A stretch of 64,000 nucleotides of DNA from Lingula anatina (taxonomy: Eukaryota; Animalia; Brachiopoda): assembly GCA_051362555.1 (NCBI GenBank), contig CM120640.1, positions 64,644,788-64,708,787 of the forward strand, given 5' to 3'. The position numbers and the translations under genes are program-made. The first letter of the stretch is position 1; each line of letters begins with the position of its first letter. Below, piece after piece: positions 24,586-36,393 of the stretch. The notes beneath the pieces were generated by a model. It made no database searches, was not told where the DNA came from, and worked only from the letters and a program-made list of their open reading frames with translations.

Positions 24586-26112
24586 TGTATGATAATTAGT
24601 GCCAAAGCTGTGTGTTGCATATTTTTGCAAAGTACCCTAATGTAATATTCCACTGAAATAGTTCAACCGAAAAACCGAATTCAGTATTCACATTACTAGA
24701 CTGTCAGTTTATGATATTCATTGTGCTTGATGAATATCCATGTGCCAAATAAAAGAAGCCTTTTTGTAAAACAAAACTATATTGGAACTTTGTTTACTCA
24801 TTTTCATATTCACGAAATGAAGAAAACGGGATAGCAAATGTTACAAAAACACTAATGGCAAAAACAAAGCCTCCTGTTATATAAAGAGTGTGATTATTAT
24901 GTCTGAAAAAAATTAACATGACCTGGTTCATACAGCCTTTTGGACAGCTTTATGAAAGCCACGTTCCGACGGGGTTATGTAGTAAGAAATTTTCGTGTTT
25001 CTCTTTTGAATAATGAGCAGTTCTTCTTAAACTTTAAAGACGCACTGGTACATGTACGAGCGCTTTAAAAAATAGACCAACAACACTGAAAAATGCACTT
25101 CACGCAAAATGTAAATGCAGAAAACCATATGGTTTATGGAATATTTATTAGAGATTCTTGAATGGACCGATGATCAGTTGATGGTAAAAAAACGTACGCT
25201 GTGAAATATTGTCGATGATGACCGAAGATTGTTTATTTCTGTTTTGTGCTGAAATCCCACAAATCCTCTCTTTATACCTCTTTTCTCCGACATAACCATC
25301 TTTTGGATGAATATTATTCGAACATAAATTACGTTCCGCTTTTGCTTATGATGTCATATAATTAGTCATTTTTTATACAGCATAACTATATCAATACGCC
25401 GCTGCAGCAAATGATGTTGATAAAGAATATACATGCGCAGACAACAACGTGGACGAAATTAGATCGATAATTCGTAATGGATATGCCATGCAAGAGTTGT
25501 TCCAGGACTCAAATACGTTGTCAATGATTAAAAGGCATTCATATACAATAAAATTACACAGTAAAGCCATCAAATGTAGATAGAATATTGGAACCACAAT
25601 GCTTGATGTTTGCTGCGCTAACCCTCAAGAATGCTGGAAAGATTGCTTTGTACGAGGATGTTCGATTTAAAAGAGCCCTGAATCACAGTCTAAATGGCAA
25701 TCAGAGCTCTTTGCCATAAAATAAAATGACCCAACGGGAAACCACTGAACCATTCTGAGGAGTCAAAGGGAAAAGATCAATAAATAATAGCTCTATAAAA
25801 ATCCACAAAACCCGTCAATTGATGTGCTGACATTTTCGATCTTGTCAGCAAAAAGACTCTTAGAATTATTCGCCGAAGAAAGAACAAGCTCAGCGTGAAA
25901 TGACATAATGATATGCATCTGTAATAGGATTTAGAACTGCATGATAAAAATGTCATAGGATTTTATACTTGCAGCAATGTTTATGTGGTAAACCAATAAT
26001 GAGCATTGGATCGGGAGCATTCCTTCGACAGAAGAAAAGGTCGCTTCAATTACGGGATAAGAGGCGAACAAAGCGTGAACAAATGTCTCTGATGTCTGTC
26101 GCAATTTGCTAG

Positions 26113-26369
26113 CAGTGGCGGATTTAGAGAGGGTATTAAGGGGTGTCCTGACCCCCCCCCCTTCGATTTCTGAAAAAAAAAGTAATATTCCTCTCTTGAA
26201 ATTAGAATTTTGACTAGTTGAATCACAGTTCCAAATAGCACCGTTCGCCCTCTAAAATACCAAACATTTTCGGGGGCCCTCAGCGGGCCCCGAACCCCAC
26301 GCCAGGAGGGGGGGGAGGATCGGGTTCGCATTCGCGCCCCCCTTTCAAATAATCCTGGATCCGCCCCTG
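26113..26369. mobile_element. Short non-autonomous DNA transposon (hAT-like termini) with 5-bp TSD
   Basis: Termini CAGTGGCGGAT and ATCCGCCCCTG are 11-bp TIRs with one mismatch; GCTAG is duplicated on both sides (26108-26112 and 26370-26374); GC-rich interior. Confidence 0.75.
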
Positions 26370-28862
26370 GCTAGTTCTCTTCAATCGGTGCACAGATTAT
26401 CTTAAAGCCTCAGGAATACATCATAAAAATATGTATGTCATATGCTCTCTTTGTATAAAGAAAATTTGACGATAGTTTTTATTGCCACCTACTGCCACGT
26501 TGACATTGTATCAAAGTATAGGCCTCTACAGTCATATTACAAACTTAGAAATGTTGTTGAAATAAACCTTGGAAAGAATTCGGATCCTACGAAAGAAGGA
26601 ACTCCTTTTATATTAACTAAATGATAATTATTGTTTTTAGTAAATATAACATGAGCTCCTTCTTTCCGAGGCATGTTAAATTTCATTTGTCATATACCGG
26701 TACTTATTCCCAAGGGTTAGTAGTACGGATGACCATTTTGACGTGATAAATGAAGACAAGAAGATTATCATCGTCAATGTGACATTTACAAGTGAAATGT
26801 GAAACTAATGACTTTTGAAGTATATTATTAAGAAGGTCAAATCAGGACATGTCATTAAATACATTACTTTCCCAAAAATTTTATACCCCAAAAGAATACA
26901 ATAATCATATTTTCTTTTCCAAATGCTTTGAAACAATGGTTTTTCGCCCAGTGCCCAGTGCTATTGATCTGATGGTCTCTTGAGCACCTTGTACACAAAT
27001 ACGAGTGTAAACGGAATTCACCCTTATAACTAACTCAGCTATGGAGTTCATAAATTTGATTAGTGAGTTCATACGTAGTGTGCAATAAATAGAATGGCAA
27101 ATGTCGTTTGAAATCTACTTTCCATGTTTCCTTCACCAGTGACCGCTGTCAGCACTGCTTCCAATGCAGGTGGCAAGGTTGTCTATTCGGATCTTAGCTT
27201 AGAGGTAAATACATTTAATTATCAGGATAATACTCAGTGTATAGTGCAAAAGGTGGCATATAAGGACAATTGTAGTTAGAATGTAAAGCGTCTGCTTCTA
27301 CTTCAGAATAATATGTTTTGGCTCTGGTCCCTCGTCACTCGGGGTTTTTTATCCACCGGTGACAGCCGTCACATGCATGCAATCAATTCAACTTATAGGG
27401 TTATCAATGCGGAAATTTGAATAACTCATTTCTATATTGTTTAAGTGACTGGTTAAAGACTACTTATGGCCATAGTGCTGGTGGAGGCAGGAGAAGGCCC
27501 CCTCCCCCCAACTCGCAAAATCCCCCTTTTCACCGATTTGTCTTCATATTTGTGTTTTGCTCGCCGCTAGTGTTCGGGGCATTTTATTTCTAGTATTAAA
27601 TTTTTAGTAGCTCAGTGTTGTCGGTAACCAATAGCAAACTCATTGCTTTATAATGCAGTAACGTCCTGTGTGATTATCAGATTCTTCCTTTGTGTATCAG
27701 CTGCGCACTTATTGAATATTGCAGTTGCAGATGCAGTACCTTAACAATGGCGCCACGTTAAAACCTCATCTCCAAGTGTATTAGCTAGATTAAATATTCT
27801 GCTGGTGGAGGGCGGAAAGAGTACACTTCGTTGACACAGCGTTTCCAGTCGTGAGTCAGCGCGCTACATGCTAGGAAACAGCGTTTGTTTATCATCCACC
27901 CATTAATTAATCGATAGACAGCTCGTCAGGTAAACACACCAGGTACTCGTCATCGATGTTTCGGCGGCCCGTACAGACCCAGGTGGACAGTAGGGCATGG
28001 ACGTTTAGGGTTTACTAATCGGATCGCAACAGGATTTCCACTGAAATTTTGTCCGGGAATTCAAGACGCAACAGTAGCACACTACATGGAGGTAATACAC
28101 GTAATATAACGACGTTAGTATTCTACTGAGGCGGCACTAAACACAAATCGATGCACAAGGGTGAAGATGAGCTATTGAAAAAGGCTGCTGGGTTGGTGTG
28201 TGTGACATCAATTTTAATTTTGCAAATGGACTCCTAGTGGAAACAGCAAGAGAATTATTCATTTCCTTTCCGTGATTTAAAAAACATATCGAGCGAATAA
28301 GCTGCTGTATGGGAAAATTCGCTGGACGACTTTTTTTCCATTGATGCCTTCTGAGGTTTCTTGTTAAAACAATTAACGGGCGAGAGTAGATATTGGCTGA
28401 TAGGTGCTGTCACTTTCATCTCTTATTTTAAATGAGAGGCAGAGGATCCGAAACTACAGCTAATCATGATGCCGAAACATTATTTGGAAACACGAGACAT
28501 CAGGTAATAAAACGTTCCAGGTTTTGCATTCGTTTGTTTATCAGTGTCTCATTTGTCGCATTTCAAGCCACACCTGATGCTTGGAAGCATCACGCAACCA
28601 ACAAAATAGTAAGTAAGAAGCTGACATGATATTTAAGACTCAAGAAATGATTGACATCTTATCTTTCGCACAAGCAAAGGTAGCTGAAATTCTACCTGTA
28701 AAGCAGCGACTTAATCTGAAAGACAGACAGAGTGCCATACGGGTTACAGTGGGACATCAATAGCAGGTAGAGTCAGTTCGTTTCATCTTGTCGAAAGGTT
28801 TGGTGTTACACAGGACCGACGTACGTTTAACTGTTGAGGGGCCATAGAAGTAAACTGTAATA

Positions 28863-29315
28863 ATGAAACTGCCGCTGCATACTCAATTCTTGTTGAACTG
28901 CACTGAGGCACCCGAGGCACATAATATTAGCAGACCAACCCGACACAGAGACAACGAAGCCAACGAGTTGCTGTACGTGGTAGTTGTTTTAACATTTTAT
29001 GCAGCCGCACTTATGATTCTTATAGGCTTACAGATCAAAAGATCAAAGCGCGATTCCGCCGAAGCAGATTATTTCAATGAATACATTGAACGCAGTGAAT
29101 TGCTGTCCAATAAGAAGAAAATGAAGGCGAAACAAGATATATTAAGTCAATTTTTTGGAGTGGGGACCGCAAAACCACTCGAGTGCTTGGAGGAATTGCA
29201 TGAAGAGGAATATAACGACGGTAATAAGACTGCAGAAGAAACTGCTTTGAAAGAGTATGAAGTGCTTGGTTCTTTAAACCCTTCGTTGCCTTTAATGGCT
29301 GTGACCCCAGTGTGA
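28863..29315 (+). CDS. KCNE (MinK/MiRP)-like single-pass membrane protein A, 150 aa
   Basis: No signal peptide; sequons NCT and NIS in a short N-terminus; one TM helix. LYVVVVLTFYAAALMILIGLQIKRSKRDSAEADYFNEYIE aligns by eye with human KCNE1 [39 protein letters not shown] with a single gap. Intronless CDS. Confidence 0.75.
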   Translation: MKLPLHTQFLLNCTEAPEAHNISRPTRHRDNEANELLYVVVVLTFYAAALMILIGLQIKRSKRDSAEADYFNEYIERSELLSNKKKMKAKQDILSQFFGVGTAKPLECLEELHEEEYNDGNKTAEETALKEYEVLGSLNPSLPLMAVTPV

Positions 29316-29528
29316 TGACACACAGCCAGTGGACACTAAGTCAATAGAATTCCAGGAACTGTATTCATTCACAGCATTACATTCAGGGTTGATGGCAGGC
29401 AATGCTAAATTACACGAATTATATAGATGCACTGTTTATCACTTAGATAAACAATAAAACAACATTTGAAAAGTTAGGAATCAGTGGTAAGCGTGAGCTA
29501 CCGGTAATTACTAGAAAATTGAAAGAAA

Positions 29529-29531
<3 letters not shown>

Positions 29532-29576
<45 letters not shown>
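29532..29576. repeat. (AC)n microsatellite
   Basis: Directly visible dinucleotide run. Confidence 0.98.
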
Positions 29577-29578
<2 letters not shown>

Positions 29579-32500
29579 TAGCCATAGGTTGAATTGGTTA
29601 TGAAAGGGCGAGCAATGCGTAGGCTTATCCTTATTAATAAAGGTGACAGACGATGTAGGTGTTTTGTAATTTCAGACGCAGAGGGAAGTTGAAGCAAGAA
29701 CCCATTACCGATTAAATTCAACGAATTGGACGGAAATTGGCCTTAAAAGAAGCCATGATAAGTCAAATTATTTCTTGGTAAAGAATACTCGTAGTACAAG
29801 TTTTCAGTATTCCTGTGAATTTTACAAACTGTTATTTATATTGGCATGAAAATATTATTTGAAAGGCTGAAACAAGTTATATGGATTTCATATTGCAGCC
29901 AACTTCCCCAGTGACATTTTAAATAATTAAAGATGCTGCCATCTGGTTTATGGTTTTACATGTATGTCTGTGTACTGCATATTAATTAGTTTTGATTCCA
30001 TCATTTCAGATAAATATTCTGTCTTATTTTTGTCATTCTCAACTGATACATTGTATGGTTTTGTCATGGAAAATAATATGTCCTTTGGCGCTTGTACATT
30101 TATTCGCAGGCTTTGATATTAAAATTCGTTTGTATATACTGCATGAAAACCCTGTCTTGAAATAGATGTCACTATTTGCACAAACAGCTGATTAAAGAAA
30201 TCATACTTCACCTGAAACAACACGTGACTTCAGGCGAATATTACATTTTGAAATAATGTTTCTTTTGTTCGCCGTGCGACATCAAAGAAAACGTCTTGAA
30301 TCACCATCAATTTTCCCGTAGGATTTTTTCCGGACTTTGAACAGCTAAGTGAATGTTTTATCACAGATATCTACGCTTGGGTTGGTAACATGTATTGCCA
30401 TTGATTTCTCCATTATCGTAAAAAATCTTTTCCATAGTTCCTCTGTCTCGTGCATTAAACATATAGGCCTACATACAGAGATGATTTATAAATATATGGA
30501 ATGGAATGTGCTACCACATTGAAATATGCTCAATTAAATCAACTGATAACTTTAAAAGGAAGTTATAAACATATCTATTCAAGAAGTGTTATTATTAATT
30601 ACCTTACATGTAATTGGTTTTATGTGAGAATTAGGTTGTTTTTTATCTACATTCTTAATCTTTATTTAATTCTTTCTGATTTCTTTATTTCTTGGTAATC
30701 GTGTCATTAAGTTTTTTTTTTTACGTAAAGTCTAATGAATATTTTAAATTTGTTTTAGACTTAAAATACATTTATTATTATCAATATATTATTATATATG
30801 TCGAAGTTTGGACATGATCATTTGTAGATTCCTTGACATTAAATGATAGGATAAAAAGTATAATAAATTGGAACTTAAGGGAATAATCAAGACATCAGAC
30901 TTCTAGCTTTACTCAACCAAATCCAATTAACGCCAGAATGAAAGACAAAGTACGATTAAGTTCAAAGACTGATAGGTTAGACATATAAGAGTCAATTTTC
31001 AGTCGTGAACGCTAACGGATCGTGTATCTTTAGTCAGATATTCTACATAGGGTCACATGATTTAGGATTCAGAGGGAGTGATTGAGAACTCAGATTATCG
31101 TGATCTTTGACTGGCAGTGTGAACCGATCAATTACGTTTTTTCAAAAGAAAAAAAAGAAAGAGACGCGAACTTTGAAGACTACAGTCAATCAGTGACCTA
31201 TATATATACATGCATCAAGGTCAATTAAGCAAATAACTGTAAGATGTCGGTTTGTAGATGTAGATTAATGCGGTCGTCTTTGATAAGAGCCTGTTCTGAG
31301 GAACAATGCTTGTGAAAAATTAAGGAAATGCATTAGTGGCTACCACCGTGACAGGAGTAGTGGGTTTCATTCCACTCTATTACGAGTGTTTTTTTATGAA
31401 AACCTGTTGGATACCTTTCTGAAATTCAGTACTTCTCAGCGATATGAGATATTTCAGGTCACGTGGTACCACGTGGTATAAAGCTAATGTAAAAATGGAA
31501 TGTAAAGCTGCAGCACACTACGTACTGAAATTAGTTACAATCGGAAACATTTTAATTTGATATTTGTTTATTGCTAAGATACAACTTCGTTTAAAAGCTC
31601 TTTTGTCTGTCAAATCAGCAATATGAATGATACGTTGTATCCTGGAACGGAGGAATTCAATATAAGAGGAAAGATGAAGATTTGATAGTTTTTATATTTT
31701 CATCATTTGCAAACACGAAAACAAATGACAAATGTCATCTGCGATTTGTATCAAGATGAAAGCGAGACGTAAAGTTGAAGTTGGATATTTGTTTATTGCT
31801 AAGATGACTCTTCGCGCAGTGTCCCATCTCATCCCTCCTGTCAGTACTTCTAGCGTTCGCTAAGATCCTCTTCTTGGAGAGTGCGATAAGATAAATCATA
31901 CACGATGAGAAAAAGTACTTATACCTACCTTTGATTTGTTAACGAAGTGATTAACCTTGTTTAACATAAATATAAAAGCGCTATATCAAATTCCCTGAAT
32001 TGGAAGGTAACTTTTTTTTACACTTTTTGCACCTTTATAAAAATTAAGTATTCTTCTCTGTTATTCATAGACGCGTCTTCCATTGGTGTTCTCATCAACA
32101 CATTGATTTTCAGACGGCCTTTAAGAGGTGTGCTTGTCAATTAAGCGTCCGTCTGTGTGCTTGCTTTGTTTGAAAATCCATGTTGCGTGTGTACCCACGT
32201 GTTCGTTTAGTTCGTGTCGAAATTCTATATCCGTATCTCTACCACATGCTTTTACATATATCACTTACAACTACAACATCAACATCTTTTGAAAGTATGT
32301 GAAGGGAGGTCTTGAGGCCACCCACTGAAGAGAACTAATCTTTTCGTCTTGAAAGAAGGCGCACTTTCCACTGAAAATTAAGCAATAACATCGATTTTTG
32401 AAATAGTTTGGGTTTCCAGGATGTGATCCTCTATCTAAACGTGTTTGTCGGTTTTTGTCGAAATCTGTGTTACATGTGCGATAACATCGTCTTTTGGTCC

Positions 32501-32938
32501 TTTCCTAAGGCATTATTTGTATTTTCCTACATTCAAGGAGGACAGCTGTAGGGATAGATAGACATCATATACATCTTTTGAATTGATTTGAAGGAATTCC
32601 TGACACGATAAATAAATAAATAAACTTGAAAAGGGAGATTATATTTTCCTCAAGACAGTCCATTTTCTCTTTAAAAAATAAAATTATTTCCTACATATAT
32701 ATTTAACTAATTTATTGTATTTTGGGTAAAAAAATGCTTTGATTAGCAAAGCCTATCATCCGGTTTAATGTATTGCAGAAAAATATTAGGTTTGACATCT
32801 GGTATTTGGATGTTAAACGTTGATCTTTGTGTCTTTCGTTCACAATCCAGCCACTGCTAATTAGCTTTCCAACGTGAGAAACACCCGTTAACATATCATA
32901 AGGCATCAATACGTGATACCTACATGTATCACACACAT

Positions 32939-32943
<5 letters not shown>

Positions 32944-32985
<42 letters not shown>
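32944..32985. repeat. (AG)n microsatellite
   Basis: Directly visible dinucleotide run. Confidence 0.98.
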
Positions 32986-32987
<2 letters not shown>

Positions 32988-34427
32988 CAAAGAAGAAAGG
33001 AAAAAACTATCAAGGTAATACATAGAAATGGAAAAACTAATAGGTTACACTAAACAGCTCGACCTATAAAATAGATGGAAACGGGATAAACTTTCAACAA
33101 AAACAAAAAGTCGTTCAGCTTTACTTACTGTAGGTGATGCTTGGACCTATTATACCGGGTACATGAAAAATGGGTGATGTTTAACCAACTTCTTTTTCGA
33201 AGACAACTTTTACAAAACCAGAATTACTCTACCCATTTTGAATTTCTGCAAAAAGCTCACTATTCTTTATAATGCCATCGCTTAAGATCAATTTCTCTTG
33301 TTTGAAAATTTACAAAGGACGAAAAAATCATACTGATTGAATGAATCGCTGTAATCGTCTGATTTGTTAATACTTTAGGGCCTCTCGTCTGCAATTCCTA
33401 CACTTGCGGCATTCAAGCGGAACCTAAAAACATTTCTGTTGAACACGATTACAAAATTTATGGATATTTGTTTTAGTACAGGAGTTGATTGACAAACCGT
33501 TGCTATGCCAACTAAACCGTTGGACGCCCGGGGTCTTTATCTTGTCCACTTTGGTCTAGACAAGGGAGGGATTCTATGATTTAATCTAAGAAAATATAAC
33601 GTGCTATGGAAGATGGAATGGTCTGATACAGCAAACAAATACTGGCTGATATTTAAAGATTTTGACCATTTCTTACACAGATTGTTCTATCAATCACTGG
33701 CAGTTTTCGTTTAGTGTTTTCATATCCGACAAACAGGAAGCAATCATCGTTTGTTTCTCAACCGGCTGTAAGCATGAAACGTAAAGCAGCTTCATGACAG
33801 AAATTTATTGTCTGTCTTGTAATCTACGGATGAATATTTCGGAAGCCAAAATAATTTTTCAAATTTGCAGTGGGGCAGGAAGAGATGGGAAATGATCACA
33901 CGTAGAAACAGAATAGACTAACTGTCACTCCATTAGCCTCTTATCACACACACACATACACGCACACACACACACTGGCCTCAATAAAAACTCGACATCA
34001 TAATGCAGATTTATCTTGTTTGATAGAATATTTTATTTAGAAAGGACGGAAAATCTATATTGATTGAATGGACATTGTTATTTCATCTCTCTCTCTTTGT
34101 TAATAGCCGCTCGTTCAGACATACTCTTGTGTTGGAATAATATCTAATTGATTTTTACTGACATTTGAAGTTGCTCTTACTTAATCTGTTAGGAGCGATC
34201 ATCTCACCAAATACAATGTATCCAAGTAGGCCCTAAAGATGAAAAGAATTTATTGCTGAATAATAAAGCTATGCGCTCATCTGCTTGACAAATGGTATTC
34301 AAATAATTCTTAAAACAATGAATTTTGCGAAGATGTACCAGTTATTATAAAGTTGAACTTTCACAATGCAGAAAGAAATGAGTACGATAGTATAGACACA
34401 AAAACCTCCGCATTTGAGTCATTGATC

Positions 34428-35150
34428 TCAAACATCATAGACATCACTATGCAAAATCTCATACGTCTTTAATTCCTGTTCGAAATGTTTGTCGAAGTCC
34501 AAAATAGCTTGTTTCACAGTTTGTTTCTCGCTTGTTTTTCTCGATGTGCTCGGTCCCGCTGCTGATGGGTTTGGTTTACTGGTCCAAAGTTTGACGATGT
34601 TCTGTGCACGACAAAAATTGCACTTTTTTTCTGCATCTACAGCGCAAGTACAAGCGTCCATGGTTTGGTCGACGGTTTTTGATTCAGGAACTGTGGACGT
34701 TTTTAACATGGGGGTTTTCTCTTTGGCTTGGTTCGTTTGTCTGTCTCCCACTTCTTTGGGTTTGTTCTCAGCAACCACATGCAGCGAGCTGGTGCGGGTA
34801 GCCCTGTTAATACGGGAATTTTTCCTCCAGTTGTCCAGCCACTTTGCCGACCTAGCCAACGTATCTGCCAAATTGCGTCTGACTTCACGCATGTTTCTCG
34901 TCAGATCGTCGTGTTGCATTTCCTTCCTGATTTTGGCCATGCCTTCAAAATATATGGTCACCTGGTGATCTGTGTTTAAGTGATTGGATTTTCTGCTGCG
35001 AATGTGAGAGGCCACCAGCAAGAAGACGGAAAACCCGTACACGGCACATACAGCTATTACGTAGTAGAGCGCACCCTCGTGGTCGTAATCGGATGATGTA
35101 GAGTTAGTGGGTGGTGTCGGCATCGTTACATTAATTTCAACTTGATCCAT
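34428..35150 (-). CDS. KCNE (MinK/MiRP)-like single-pass membrane protein B, 240 aa
   Basis: No signal peptide; sequons NVT and NST. YVIAVCAVYGFSVFLLVASHIRSRK aligns without gaps to KCNE1 [25 protein letters not shown], followed by D...IYFE. Long cytoplasmic tail. Intronless CDS with a probable 5'UTR intron (donor GG/GTAAGA at 35384, acceptor TTTCTTTCAG at 35168). Confidence 0.72.
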   Translation of the reverse strand: MDQVEINVTMPTPPTNSTSSDYDHEGALYYVIAVCAVYGFSVFLLVASHIRSRKSNHLNTDHQVTIYFEGMAKIRKEMQHDDLTRNMREVRRNLADTLARSAKWLDNWRKNSRINRATRTSSLHVVAENKPKEVGDRQTNQAKEKTPMLKTSTVPESKTVDQTMDACTCAVDAEKKCNFCRAQNIVKLWTSKPNPSAAGPSTSRKTSEKQTVKQAILDFDKHFEQELKTYEILHSDVYDV

Positions 35151-36393
35151 CGTGAATTTATAACAGTCTGAAAGAAAATAGTGCGTTATTTGACTATTTC
35201 ATATTTTATTCCGTTATTTGCAAGATCTCATGACGTCGGCGGATAGAGCAGTGCCATAAATTCGCCATGTTTCATTGAAATGAATACTTTTCAAAACCAA
35301 AACACCTTCTCATGAATTAAAAAAAACACACTTAACTTCTTTACCATTTATCACAAAATTATGAAAATTCAAATGTTCTCTTACCCCCAGTGCATAGATT
35401 CCACGGACGGTTCCCACTACACACGACGTCTACATACAAAGAAAGTACATAGGCAAAATATTCTCTTTCGAATTCTAATAATGTATAAATACCTGAAACA
35501 ATTACCCTCCGTTAAGAAAATATTTCTCAGTTGGGACATTTTGAAAGGGACAGGTTTGCCAAGCGTAAAAATCACCCTGCTGAATGTACAGGATAAACAG
35601 CTCAAAAGATAACAAAAGCAACAGCGAATAAGACATCTAGATCCTTGTCATAATCTGGGGGTATTTACTACTTGGTCGTGACCAGTTAAATGCAAATACA
35701 CAAAATAAATATGTAAACATACCAAAAATGGGTCCAAGTTTTAACAAAGCAATAGACACTTGCTCTCTGCGAGTTATCTGTTCCCCAATATACTTTGCTG
35801 CATTATGCGTTTTTTTTTTAAATTTTTGATTTATTTATTTTTTGTCAAATCAGAATATTGATTTTAAAACTTTCAGTGTATACTGCAAATTATTTGATCT
35901 ACAATTTCAAGCTACATATATATATGCTTATGTACCATGTGTAGCTGGTCTTTTGAAAACGACCTAGTCATTTTTAAAGGTCTGAACCAACAAGTGCAAA
36001 GTTCGTATCATTTTCCTATATTAGGATTTCTCCTTGATGAACTGCTAACGTTCTGTGAAAAGAAACATTATAAAGATTGTATTAAACACAGGATATCCTA
36101 AACTCATGGAACTTTTTGATTTCCCCAGTGGTTTTATTTATCGACGACATAAACCCAAGTTTAACAAAGATCTTTTGTTAACACTGAAATACATTGAGCA
36201 ATAATGTTTTTATCTCTTATTTCAACAGTTTTAACAGACGGACGACATAATAGACTCACTCGATTCACATTCTTTCATAGATTCAATCAAAAGCAATATT
36301 ACATCTGCCATATACACAGCTAAGAAACAACATAATCACATCTATTTCCCGGAGAAGTTACAGAGACCCTCCATTAAGCTTTTGTAGAAATGA

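Noticed and set aside
31496-31512. TGGAATGTAAAG matches the first 12 nt of miR-1
   Set aside because: The match stops at 12 nt and no precursor hairpin is evident.
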